64,000 bases of DNA from an uncultured Verrucomicrobiae bacterium (GCA_963813025.1 CAWEXO010000009.1:128001-192000); one strand, 5' to 3'. Shown: positions 44,809 through 54,423, counted from the stretch's first letter. The notes: generated from the letters alone by a model not told the origin. Numbers and translations: made by a program.

Positions 44809-45765
44809 ATGAAAATCCAAACGAGCGCTTTTGCCATCATGGCTTGCGCCAGTATGCTCTTGAACTCGGTTTCCGGCTCCGGAGCGGCCGGCAATGCCCG
44901 TTTCACCGTAATTATCTACGACACCACTGGAAATCCTTTCTGGTCGAAAGTTGTGGCCGGCGTCAATGAGGCTGCCAAGGCTTTCAATGTGAATGTCGAC
45001 ACTGAGTTTGCGAATAATGATCCGGTCCAGCAGAATAATGCGATCGAAGCAGCCTTGGCGTCGAAGGTTCAAGGGATCGGTTTGGCGATCAATGTTCCGA
45101 ACGCTTACGAGCGGAATATCAAGAGGGCCATTGAGGCGGGAATCCCTGTCGTGGCATTCAACATTGACGATCCGAAAGGAGCCGCCGGTAGTGCTCGATT
45201 GTCTTTCATCGGCCAAAGCTTTCCATCGGCGGGCTACGCGATCGGTAAGCGGATGGTTGACGCAGCTTCGCTAAAAACAGGGAGCCATGTGGTTTGTCCC
45301 GTCGAGCATCCGGAAGCAACCTACGCCGTCGAGAGATACGCTGGTGTAAAGCGAGCGTTAGACGAGGCAGGAGTGACCTCCGAAATATTGGATACAGGCG
45401 CCATCGGGCTGGAAGATACCGTCAACAAGGTAAATCAGTACCTGTTGGGGAAACCCGACACCGCCGCTGTCATCGGATTGGGACAACTACCAACTGAAGC
45501 AGCACCGCAAGCGATCAAGGAAGCCAACTTGAAAATTCCCACTGGTGGCTTCGATCTCAGTAAGGCGATTCTCCAGAACATCCTCGACGGTAAAACCATT
45601 GCGACGGTCGATCAGCAGCCGTTTTATCAAGGTTTCCTAACCGTTACTCAACTCTACTATAAGAACAAGTACGGTCTTATTCCGGTGGATGTAAATACCG
45701 GCTCAGCCCTGATTGATAAGACGAACGCTGCGGTGGCCCTTCAGTTCGCCGACACCACTCGTTAA
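44809..45765 (+). CDS. Sugar ABC substrate-binding protein
   Basis: Signal peptide; NPFWSKV, GIPVVAFN, GGFDLS and DQQPFYQG. Confidence 0.9.
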   Translation: MKIQTSAFAIMACASMLLNSVSGSGAAGNARFTVIIYDTTGNPFWSKVVAGVNEAAKAFNVNVDTEFANNDPVQQNNAIEAALASKVQGIGLAINVPNAYERNIKRAIEAGIPVVAFNIDDPKGAAGSARLSFIGQSFPSAGYAIGKRMVDAASLKTGSHVVCPVEHPEATYAVERYAGVKRALDEAGVTSEILDTGAIGLEDTVNKVNQYLLGKPDTAAVIGLGQLPTEAAPQAIKEANLKIPTGGFDLSKAILQNILDGKTIATVDQQPFYQGFLTVTQLYYKNKYGLIPVDVNTGSALIDKTNAAVALQFADTTR

Positions 45766-45804
45766 ACGCGGCGAGACGGCGCCGTGCGGCTGCAAAAGAA
45801 AGCC

Positions 45805-46845
45805 ATGTCACTTCACCGACAGGACGCCAAAGCATCCTTTTCCCGCAGCGGCCGCGAATTGGGCTCTCCACCTTCTTTTGCATCGTCTCTTCTGGATGCG
45901 CTGCGACGCCATCCGGCCGGTAATATTCTGATCATCTTCGTTCTCCTGGAGATTAGTTGTATTGTCGCTTCTCTGGCGTTCCCGGATCAATTCCGGTATG
46001 TCAGTCCGCTCAATATCCAGTCAGTTCTCCGAGCGATTCCCCAGTTGGGGATAATCTCTATCGGAGTAGGGATTCTGATGATTGCCGGGGAATATGATCT
46101 ATCCGTCGGTGCAAACTTCACCTTCTCCGCCTTGATTATGGCTAACAGCTACAATGCACGATGGCCTCTGACTCTGGCCGTTTTTCTCGCCTTGCTCACT
46201 GGAGCTGCGCTTGGGGCGGTGAACGGAATGATCACTTTGCGAGCGAAGATTCCCTCTTTTATTGCCACATTGGGTATGATGATGCTGCTGCGTGGACTAA
46301 TCCTTTTTTCTTCAGGTACCCAAACTCGTCCTTTTCATCCGGGAACATTTTTTGAGAACGTAATGACTGGATCCGTCGGCCTAGTCCAATTCGCTTTCCT
46401 CTGGCTACTTGCGGTCACCGGTGCGGCGTACCTGCTGATGGACCGCCATCGCCTTGGCAATCATCTCTACGCGGTCGGTGGGAACCGCGAAGCGGCAACT
46501 GCCATCGGGGTGAAAGTTTTCCGCGTAAAGCTATTGGCGTTTTCAATCGCGGGTTTCACCGCAGCCCTGTCTGGAATAATCAGTACGGTCCGGGTCAGTT
46601 CGGTGTCCCCGATTCAGGGTCAGGGTCTCGAATTGCAGGCGATCGCAGCCTGCGTCATCGGCGGGGTGTCTTTGGCCGGAGGAAAAGGTTCGATGATTGG
46701 CGTCCTCTTGGGAGCCGCCCTCCTTTATACAATTCAAGACATTCTCCTGTTGCTGCGCGCGCCCGGTTTCTACCTCGATGCATTTATTGGATTCATTATC
46801 CTCGTCGCCGCAACCCTGAATCGTCTGGTACAAAAGGAGGCTTGA
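45805..46845 (+). CDS. Sugar ABC permease
   Basis: AGEYDLSVG, YAVGGNREAA and LELQAIAACVIGG. Confidence 0.92.
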   Translation: MSLHRQDAKASFSRSGRELGSPPSFASSLLDALRRHPAGNILIIFVLLEISCIVASLAFPDQFRYVSPLNIQSVLRAIPQLGIISIGVGILMIAGEYDLSVGANFTFSALIMANSYNARWPLTLAVFLALLTGAALGAVNGMITLRAKIPSFIATLGMMMLLRGLILFSSGTQTRPFHPGTFFENVMTGSVGLVQFAFLWLLAVTGAAYLLMDRHRLGNHLYAVGGNREAATAIGVKVFRVKLLAFSIAGFTAALSGIISTVRVSSVSPIQGQGLELQAIAACVIGGVSLAGGKGSMIGVLLGAALLYTIQDILLLLRAPGFYLDAFIGFIILVAATLNRLVQKEA

Positions 46846-46847
46846 TC

Positions 46848-47612
46848 ATGACGAACCCTCCTGGAGCCGCCGAGACCTCCGTTTTTCCTTTGATTGAGCT
46901 GAAGGGCGTCTGCAAAAGCTTCGGAAAGGTCGTCGCGCTCAATCACGTCGACTTCGAGATCAGGCTGAACGAGGTGGTTGGCCTGCTCGGCGATAATGGG
47001 GCAGGGAAGTCGACATTAGTGAAGATGCTGTCCGGAGTCGTCTTCGCGGATGAGGGCGTCATTCTTCGCAACGGGTCGGCCGTCAAAATCACCTCGTATT
47101 CCGACGCCGAGAGACTCGGGATCGAAACAATTTACCAAGATATCGCACTGGTGAATACGCTGTCGGTGTATCGCAATATGTTCCTTGGACGCGAACAAAC
47201 CAATGCACTGGGTTTTCTCCATCGGCGGGCCATGCGATCAAAAACTATTGAGATTCTTCGAAGCTCTGTAAAGATCGCGGGCATTGACTCCCCAGATCAA
47301 CTGGTTGGAGGACTGTCCGGAGGCCAAAGGCAGGCGGTGGCTATAGCCCGAGCAGTCTACTTCCGTAAAAAAATACTTTTACTCGACGAACCGACCAGCG
47401 CCCTATCGGTTCGTGAGACAGAAAATGTCCTGGATTACATCGTCCAGCTGCGGCGCGACGGAGTTACCTGTGTCTTTGTCACCCATAATCTTTACCATGC
47501 CTTCCGCGTGTGTGATCGGTTCGTCGTCCTATCCAGAGGGCGCAAGGTGCTCGACGTCGCCAAGCCGGCCACGAACCTGGAAAAGCTCACGTCAGTAATC
47601 GTGAACGAGTGA
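46848..47612 (+). CDS. Sugar ABC ATPase
   Basis: GDNGAGKST, LSGGQRQ and LDEPTSAL. Confidence 0.93.
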   Translation: MTNPPGAAETSVFPLIELKGVCKSFGKVVALNHVDFEIRLNEVVGLLGDNGAGKSTLVKMLSGVVFADEGVILRNGSAVKITSYSDAERLGIETIYQDIALVNTLSVYRNMFLGREQTNALGFLHRRAMRSKTIEILRSSVKIAGIDSPDQLVGGLSGGQRQAVAIARAVYFRKKILLLDEPTSALSVRETENVLDYIVQLRRDGVTCVFVTHNLYHAFRVCDRFVVLSRGRKVLDVAKPATNLEKLTSVIVNE

Positions 47613-47619
47613 CCTGATT

Positions 47620-48471
47620 ATGATTCTCGATGCCCATCAACACTTTTGGAAAGCTGACCGAGGCGATTATCACTGGATGACCCCAACCGTGCCTGTTCTG
47701 GCCCGCGACTACTTACCCGGTGATCTACGGCCCGAATTGCGGAAGACTGGCGTGACTAGAACGATTTTGGTTCAGGCTGCGCAAACGCTTGCCGAAACAC
47801 AGTTCTTGTTGGCGCTTGCCCGCGAAACTGATTTTGTTGCCGGAGTTATCGGATGGTTTGACCTCGAGCAAGAAGACTTTCCAGACACATTTCAACGCTG
47901 CCGCCGCGAAAACCCTTGTCTGCTCGGTGTGCGACCGATGTTGCAGGATCTCGAGGACGACCGCTGGATTTTGCGACCGCAGGTGATCACGAACCTTCAC
48001 TATCTAAGTGCGTGCAAGGTACCGTTCGAATTCCTTACCTATACCCGTCATTTGCCGAGTGTGCTGCAGGTTCTGGAGCAGGTTCCGGAATTGCCCGCTG
48101 TGGTCGATCACCTTTCGAAGCCGGAGATCAGAGCAGGGAAAATTCAACCCTGGGCTGATCTCATACTGGAAGTAGGTAAACACTCGAAAGTCTTTTGTAA
48201 GCTTTCCGGTATGGTTACCGAGGCTGACCACCAGTACTGGTGTCCTGCACATCTTGCTCCATACGTCGATCACGTATTGCGTTCTTTCAGTGAGGATCGC
48301 ATCATGTTTGGTAGCGACTGGCCTGTTTGCTTGCTCGCGGGTAGCTATGCCGAAGTCATCAATGCGCTTCGGACCGTTTTAGCTCCGCGGCTGACACCAG
48401 TTGGCCTCGCTAAAGCGTTTGCTGAAAACGCCGCCAGGTTTTACGGCATCCACGGTTTGCTCGATGAGTGA
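47620..48471 (+). CDS. Amidohydrolase 2 family (L-fucono-lactonase-like sugar lactonase)
   Basis: DAHQHFW, ILVQA, VDHLSKP, KLSGMVTE and MFGSDWPVC. Confidence 0.88.
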   Translation: MILDAHQHFWKADRGDYHWMTPTVPVLARDYLPGDLRPELRKTGVTRTILVQAAQTLAETQFLLALARETDFVAGVIGWFDLEQEDFPDTFQRCRRENPCLLGVRPMLQDLEDDRWILRPQVITNLHYLSACKVPFEFLTYTRHLPSVLQVLEQVPELPAVVDHLSKPEIRAGKIQPWADLILEVGKHSKVFCKLSGMVTEADHQYWCPAHLAPYVDHVLRSFSEDRIMFGSDWPVCLLAGSYAEVINALRTVLAPRLTPVGLAKAFAENAARFYGIHGLLDE

Positions 48472-49450
48472 GAAAATTCTGAACCTGGGGGTGATTGGTG
48501 CGGGAATAGTCGCCGCAGGACCGTACCGGAAAGCTTTGGCCCGCCAGCCCATGATTAAAGCGACTGGTGTGGTCGATCCGGATAGCAAACGAGCGGAAGC
48601 CTTGGCGAGTGAGCTGAAGACGAGGGTTTATCCCGATTTGGATGCCCTTCTCGGCGATCCAAAGATTGATGCCGTAGCGATCTTAAATCCTAACCATCTC
48701 CATGTGGAGACCGCCTTGCGCAGCCTGCAAGCAGAGAAACACGTCCTCTTAGAGAAGCCGGTTGCCGAAACCGTTGAAGAAATTGACCGACTGCAGGCAG
48801 CTTCGAAACGGGCGGCGAGAGTCTGCATGCCTGCCCATAATTACATCTATAATGCCAGTATAGAACGGGCGAAGCGCTTAATCGCAGAAAAGCGACTGGG
48901 CAAGATTGCAAGCGCCTGGATTCTCTACAACATCTTCCACTCGGAAGAAATCGCCAGCCGTTATGGTGGAGTATTGCGCGAGGTTTGTGTACACCACGCT
49001 TATTCATTGTTGTACCTCCTGGGCCGGCCTGCGCGGGTTGGCGCGACGGTGTCACGAGTGCATTATCAAGAACTGACCTGTGAAGACCAGGCGATGCTAA
49101 CCTGCCAGATGGCAGGCGGTGCTCTGGCTCACCTCTGGGCGAGCTTTGCGGCGAGCGATCCAACGGGTGATTCTTGGACAGTCATTTACAAGATTCTCGG
49201 AACTGGCGGCGGCGTTACTTACACCTGGGACGATGCCCGGTTTGAAGACAGTGGAGGTCCCGCTTGGGGAATCCCGAATTACCTGGATGGCTTTTCGAAC
49301 GAACTGGACTTTTTTGTGCGTCGAGCCATTGCTAACAGCGAAGCGCCCCTTTCCACCCTCGCCGACGCTCGAGATGCCATTTGTATCATCGAAGCTGCCG
49401 AGCATTCCTTGAGTCGTTTCGGTGCCGCCGTTGAAGTAAATTATCGTTAG
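48464..49450 (+). CDS. Gfo/Idh/MocA oxidoreductase
   Basis: GVIGAG, PNHLH and HVLLEKP. Confidence 0.9.
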   Translation: MSEKILNLGVIGAGIVAAGPYRKALARQPMIKATGVVDPDSKRAEALASELKTRVYPDLDALLGDPKIDAVAILNPNHLHVETALRSLQAEKHVLLEKPVAETVEEIDRLQAASKRAARVCMPAHNYIYNASIERAKRLIAEKRLGKIASAWILYNIFHSEEIASRYGGVLREVCVHHAYSLLYLLGRPARVGATVSRVHYQELTCEDQAMLTCQMAGGALAHLWASFAASDPTGDSWTVIYKILGTGGGVTYTWDDARFEDSGGPAWGIPNYLDGFSNELDFFVRRAIANSEAPLSTLADARDAICIIEAAEHSLSRFGAAVEVNYR

Positions 49451-49455
49451 CAATT

Positions 49456-50628
49456 ATGGGATCGACGATCACTCGGGTTCAGGTTCATGAATTTCGGTAT
49501 GAAGTAAATGACCTTGGGATGGACGCCGGCGGGTTTGACTTTGTATATCTTCCCGCTCACCGCCAAGCAATTACCAAGGCCGCCATTGTCATCGAGACAG
49601 CGGATGGTGCGAAGGGCGAGTATGTCGGTTTATGGGGCGCAACACCGATGGCGCTCGCCCAAACGATTATGCTGGCGCCGCATCTTCTCGGCAGAGACAG
49701 CTTTCAGCGAGAGCTCATTTATGACGAATTCAAAAGAGCGCTGCGTCAGTACGATCATATGGGCCACGGAATGATCGATATCTGTCTTTGGGACCTGGCT
49801 GGAAAACAGCTCGACGCTTCCGTCTCAACCTTGCTGGGCGGTTATCGATCCCGCCTTCCGGCTTATGCGAGCACATTGCATGGCGATCGCCATGGCGGCT
49901 TATCTTCCAAAGAAGCATACGCCGATTTCGCGATCCAATGTCGGCAGATCGGCTATCGAGCTTTCAAGATCCATGGGTGGTATGACGGTAATCCCAGGGA
50001 AGAGGCGGCAACAATTGAGCACGTTCGCAAGAGCGTCGGAGACGAGATGGTGCTGATGTTAGATCCCGCTTGCCAGATACGCACTTTTCTCGATGCACTG
50101 GCGGTTGGAAAGGCATGTGATCAGGCCAACTTTCTTTGGTTGGAAGATCCTTTTCGGGATACTGGCGTTTCCCAGTTTGCTCACCGAAGATTACGCCAGC
50201 TCATCAAAACGCCGATTCTCTGCTCTGAACACGTTCGCGGCCTCGAGCCAAAAGCGGATTTCGTTATAAACGGCGGAACGGATATCTTGCGGACAGATCC
50301 GGAGTACGACATGGGAATAACTGGTGCCTTGAAAATAGCGCATTTGGCTGAAGCGCTAGGTCTTGATGTCGAGGTGCACGCCGCCGGCCCAGCACACCGG
50401 CATTGTATGGCGGCGATTCGGAATACCAACTATTACGAACTCGCCTTGGTTGGTCCGAAGTGCCGAAACCCTTTGCCGGATGTGTATTCTTGTAACTATT
50501 CAGATCAGTTGGATTGCATCGGCCCGGACGGCTGTGTTCCAGTGCCTGATGGGCCTGGCTTGGGAGTCAATTACAATTGGGATTTCATTGCGAGTCATCG
50601 CTTTGCCCTTCACGAGTTCCGGGCTTAA
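49456..50628 (+). CDS. Mandelate racemase/enolase-superfamily enzyme (likely acid-sugar dehydratase)
   Basis: DICLWDLAGK, PAYAST, KIHGW, LMLD, WLEDP, SE, EVH and PDGPGLG. Confidence 0.88.
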   Translation: MGSTITRVQVHEFRYEVNDLGMDAGGFDFVYLPAHRQAITKAAIVIETADGAKGEYVGLWGATPMALAQTIMLAPHLLGRDSFQRELIYDEFKRALRQYDHMGHGMIDICLWDLAGKQLDASVSTLLGGYRSRLPAYASTLHGDRHGGLSSKEAYADFAIQCRQIGYRAFKIHGWYDGNPREEAATIEHVRKSVGDEMVLMLDPACQIRTFLDALAVGKACDQANFLWLEDPFRDTGVSQFAHRRLRQLIKTPILCSEHVRGLEPKADFVINGGTDILRTDPEYDMGITGALKIAHLAEALGLDVEVHAAGPAHRHCMAAIRNTNYYELALVGPKCRNPLPDVYSCNYSDQLDCIGPDGCVPVPDGPGLGVNYNWDFIASHRFALHEFRA

Positions 50629-50782
50629 GCCGCCGTCGCATGAGCTTCCAGCTATTCGTGCCTCAGATCGGGACCATTCGTGACTGCGGGCTTCCAGTGA
50701 CTCCTATCAGCCGCGACCTGCCGTACGTGTCGGACTTTGGGATCTGTAGCGCTCCATCAAGCGATTGGTCGCACGAGCGCTC

Positions 50783-52179
50783 CTAAGAAACTAAATCCGT
50801 TGCTGGCTCTAAAGGCGTGAGTTGGAAGCCGAATTCTTTAGCTCGTTTGCTGAGATTGTGAAGTAGGCGGTCTTTGTACTTTTCTTCATAGTAGGTTTGG
50901 CCTTGCTCGACGTAGGCGGCGCCGAACTTGAGCATGCGATAGAACAAGCGTGCGAGTTTGTGAGCCCCGGCGTTAATGGCCGTGGGTGCGCCCAGTCGGG
51001 CTTTGATGCGGCGGATAAAGGCCCCAATGGCGGTCTTGCTTTGCATCGCTCCTTGGGCCGCCAGGCGGAACATCGCCGCGGCGCGATTCTTGGTTTTTCT
51101 GGGTCTGGAACTGAGAAGTTTGCCTCCGCTGATGCGATTGTCCGGGCAGAGTTTGAGCCAGGAACAAAAGTGTTTTTCGCTTTTCCAACAGTTCATGTCT
51201 AAACCCGTTTCGCGAAATGATGACTTCCACCGCCAGGGTGCTCAAGCCAGGCAGACGAGTCAGATCGACTCCGCAAACGCTGGCCAGATAGGCTTGACGT
51301 TGCAGTTGCCAGGCGAACTTGGGCCGAACGTGCTTTCAAAGCGCCGCTTTGCTCGAGGAATTTGTTCAAAATCGAGTTTGGTCTCGAATTGCTCAAGTTG
51401 TTGCTCAATCTTGTTTTCACATTCGGTGATCTTAAGCTGATAGGCATCATAGAGTTCGAGCGCCGTTTGCAAGGCGAAGAGATGCTCGGCTCGGTAATCT
51501 CCTTCTAAAGCCTTAACGATCTGTTCGGTGGATGCCTTGACTTGAGGGTGTTTCATCTGGGCAAGCTTGAGCGCATCGCGTTCTCCGGCCAAGATCGCCC
51601 GAATCATGGCCATACCGGTGTAGCCGGTGATGTCGCTCAAGACTCGATGGATTTGGATGTTCATTTCGGTTAAGGCCTTCTGCATGCGTAAAACATGGCT
51701 GCTGCAGTCTTTGACTAAGGTGTCACGCAGGCGCAGAAAGCTGCGCAAAATGCAGACTTCGTCCTTTGGTCGGAACGAGCCGTTTAAAAGCCCAAAGGTG
51801 TGGAACTGTTGAAGCCATTGGCAGTCGGAGACATCGCTTTTGCGACCGGGCAGATTCTTCACATGAGCAGCATTGACCAATTTTACCTCCAAGCCTCTCT
51901 GCTCCAGAATCTGGAATACCGGAATCCAATAAACCCCGGTTGATTCCATCACCACCGTCTCAATGTGATGTTCATTGAGCCAGTCGGCTAGCCGGTGCAG
52001 ATCGCTGGTAAAAGGGCCAAACTTACGGATATTTTCCTCGAGCTGCGATCTTCGGGAATGGCCACGAGGTGAAAATTGGCTCCGATATCGATTCCTGCAG
52101 CATTGAGATTGATCCGTTCGAGAACATTTTTGCGGGCTTTTGATTTGCCCTTGCGGCTGGTCGTGGTTTTCTTTGCCAT
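50783..52179 (-). pseudogene. IS110 recombinase split by frameshifts
   Basis: AAGIDIG (D), MESTGVYW (E), RKSDVSD (DD), CPDNRISGGK (catalytic Ser loop) and AHKLAR are in three ORFs: 51988-52179, 51260-51955 and 50783-51196. Confidence 0.9.
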
Positions 52180-52214
52180 ACGTATCTTCGGGCTTAAGAT
52201 GTTGTTTTTACTTT

Positions 52215-52410
52215 CAAAGCGCAGCGCATCGGCCCGAGTTGGTGATATTTGAGATAAATCTCCTAAACAGGATAGCTCCAGATCGGCTAGCCACCGATCT
52301 GGAGCTTCGCTAATGCAACAACCAAATCGCTCGGAACCAAACTAGCTATCGGGCATGAAGCTCCAATGCCGTACATCGGTCTTAACTGCCGACCCACTGC
52401 TGCCTACTCT
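52215..52410 (-). ncRNA. Candidate IS110 bridge RNA
   Basis: Non-coding region 5' of the recombinase with two similar loop modules (..GC-ATTGG...TGCCCG.. and ..GC-ATTAG...ATCCTG..), a 13-bp perfect stem (52274-52286/52294-52306) and segments matching the element ends. Boundaries are approximate. Confidence 0.6.
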
Positions 52411-52487
52411 CGTACAACAAGTGCCCGAGGCGATCAAACCAACGTTTCTTGCCGCAACAAGAACCCGCAGGAGTTCTGGGGAACTAG

Positions 52488-52685
52488 CTAGAGATCGTCT
52501 CAGAATGCCGCACTGTCCTGCGCTGGTAGGGCGAAAATTTATTCGAGCGCAGGCGAGAACTTGTTTGAGCCATCTGGAGCGGGTGGCTCACCCAAGCGTC
52601 TGGCTCAAACAAGTTCTCGCCAAGGCTCGAATAAATTTTCGCCCTACCGGCGCAGGACCAAAAACGCGTTGAGACATGTCTCTAG
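52488..52685. repeat. Most complete GTAG-capped palindrome with CTAG...GTCTC outer termini (MITE-like)
   Basis: Near-perfect stem 52515-52572/52601-52658. Outer inverted repeat CTAGAGATCGTCTCA / TGAGACATGTCTCTAG. Confidence 0.85.
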
Positions 52686-52686
52686 C

Positions 52687-53657
52687 TAAGTACTCACGTT
52701 CGGAATTACGGTGACGTATTTCGTCAGGCTGCTCGAGCCAGCCGTTTGACGGCGATCTTGGCCAGAAGACATTGAGATCGCGGCGGGTGAAGGTCCAATT
52801 GAAGGGCGATGCCGAGCGCTTTTGACTTCACAGCGGCCGAAGACTCTTCTCGATGGACATCCCAGGCTGCCAGATAGGTCCAGGCACCCATGCGGAAGTA
52901 CTCATGCTCGACGTGCCTCGGGCGAGTGGGCGCCGGCGGTAGCGTCGGTTGTTTTCGGCGGCGGGATTGAATACTGGTCTTTTCGTCTGCGCAGATGACG
53001 TAATCATCGGCACCCAGTGGAGCGCCCTCCCAGACACGTTGGTAAAGATCGAGGATGGGTCCGGCTTTTCCGGCAAAGTCCGGATCGCGGGGGAAGATCC
53101 AGCTTCGATGTTTCCAGGGGCGAAGGGCATCGCTGCTCTAACCAGCGCCACAAAGTAGCGCCGCTGATCTCAGCGACCAGGCCTTGCGAAATAACGTGCT
53201 GGCGGGTTTCCTCAACCGAGAGCCGAGACAATGGGAGCCCGAGGGTGTAAGGAAGCTCGCAGGCGAGTGCCTTAACCTGAACGATGAGACCGGGGGGAAA
53301 AGCGGGCCTTACGCCCGCCTCGAGGCTGCGCCTCAAGGCCAGGCAATCGGGCAAAGGCGAATCGCTTACGCCACTTGCTGACAATCTGACGCGGCGTATC
53401 CAGCCGGGACGCGATCACGTCATTGGAGAGTCCTTCATCTGCGAGGAGGATGATTTTGGCACGGATCACATCACAATACGATGACGTATATTTCCTTGCC
53501 ATTGATTCCAGCGTCTGTCGCTCCTCGCTGGAAAGATTCACATTAAGTGGGCTTTTTCTTGGCATTAGGGACACTATTCCTCTGATGCAAGCCTATCAGA
53601 TTACGTCACCGATTCGACTCTAAAATACGTCACCGTATTTCCGAATAGTTGTACTTA
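52687..53657 (-). mobile_element. IS630-family element, internally deleted (non-autonomous)
   Basis: TIRs TAAGTACTCACGTTCGGAATTACGGTGACGTATTT / AAATACGTCACCGTATTTCCGAATAGTTGTACTTA with TA at both ends. HTH ORF at 53272-53565. The DEKTSIQ and EHEY segments join directly to C-terminal PFNWTFTR. Confidence 0.88.
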
Positions 53658-53779
53658 GCCAGCGGTCACAACTAACGGGGATTTCTCGCAACGGAGGTCG
53701 AGGTGCGATTGTATTCGCCATGCTGCGAAAAGAAAATCGGGTCTTGATTAAAACGATAAAAAATGTCGTTATGGATTCG

Positions 53780-54423
53780 ATGGCAGATTACCGCATCAAA
53801 GTTCTCGCGGATCATCGTGAATCCGCGTCGGGGGTGCTCGATTTTTTGCAGGCCTTACCTGGGACTATTGTCGAGATCACTACCCTCTCGACCGGCGACT
53901 ATCTCGTTGCCGATCAGGTACTCTTTGAACGTAAGACTGCGACCGATTTTGCGGCATCATTAGTCGATGGACGGCTTTTCTCGCAGGCCGCCGCCTGGTC
54001 AAGCAACCGTTGCGGGCCGCTTATGTCATTGAGGGAACAGCAACCGATTGGCTTACGCTTGGTATCCGCCGTGAGTCGCTGCAGGGTGCGTTGATCACAC
54101 TAAGTTTGATTTTCGATCTGAATGTCTTTCGTTCCTCTACTCCTCAGGAAACGGCTCAGCTGCTTTTGTATGCCGGCCGGCAATTTGCCCGGATTCATTT
54201 TGCCGAACCGCCCGCCTATCGAATTCAAAAAGCAAAGCGATTGCGCACCCGGCAGCTGCGGGTGCTTCAGGCCCTGCCGGGGGTCGGACAAGATCGATCG
54301 CGAAGTTTGCTCGATCACTTCGGCAGTCTGCGAGCGTGTCTTGCCGCTTCTGTCGATGAGCTTACTCAAGTACCCGGAATCGGAGAGAAAACGGCGGCCG
54401 GCATCTGCAAGGTGCTGGGGTAG
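53780..54423 (+). pseudogene. ERCC4 (XPF/Mus81-type) nuclease with C-terminal HhH, 1-bp frameshift
   Basis: ADHRE, GDY, ERKTATDF..S..DGRLFSQ and VIEG, then LPGVG and VPGIGEKTA HhH motifs. The frame breaks near 53993. Confidence 0.85.

Larger units (their letters stand above)
50779..52452 (-). mobile_element. IS110-family element with long 5' non-coding region
   Basis: Contains a DEDD recombinase. Short subterminal inverted repeat AAGAAAC (50785-50791) / GTTTCTT (52444-52450), with a GC dinucleotide near each end. Boundaries are inferred. Confidence 0.8.

Noticed and set aside
17282..52658. Palindrome family as a CRISPR array
   Set aside because: The copies are dispersed and inverted rather than tandem direct repeats, the loops are homologous to each other, and no cas genes are in the window.
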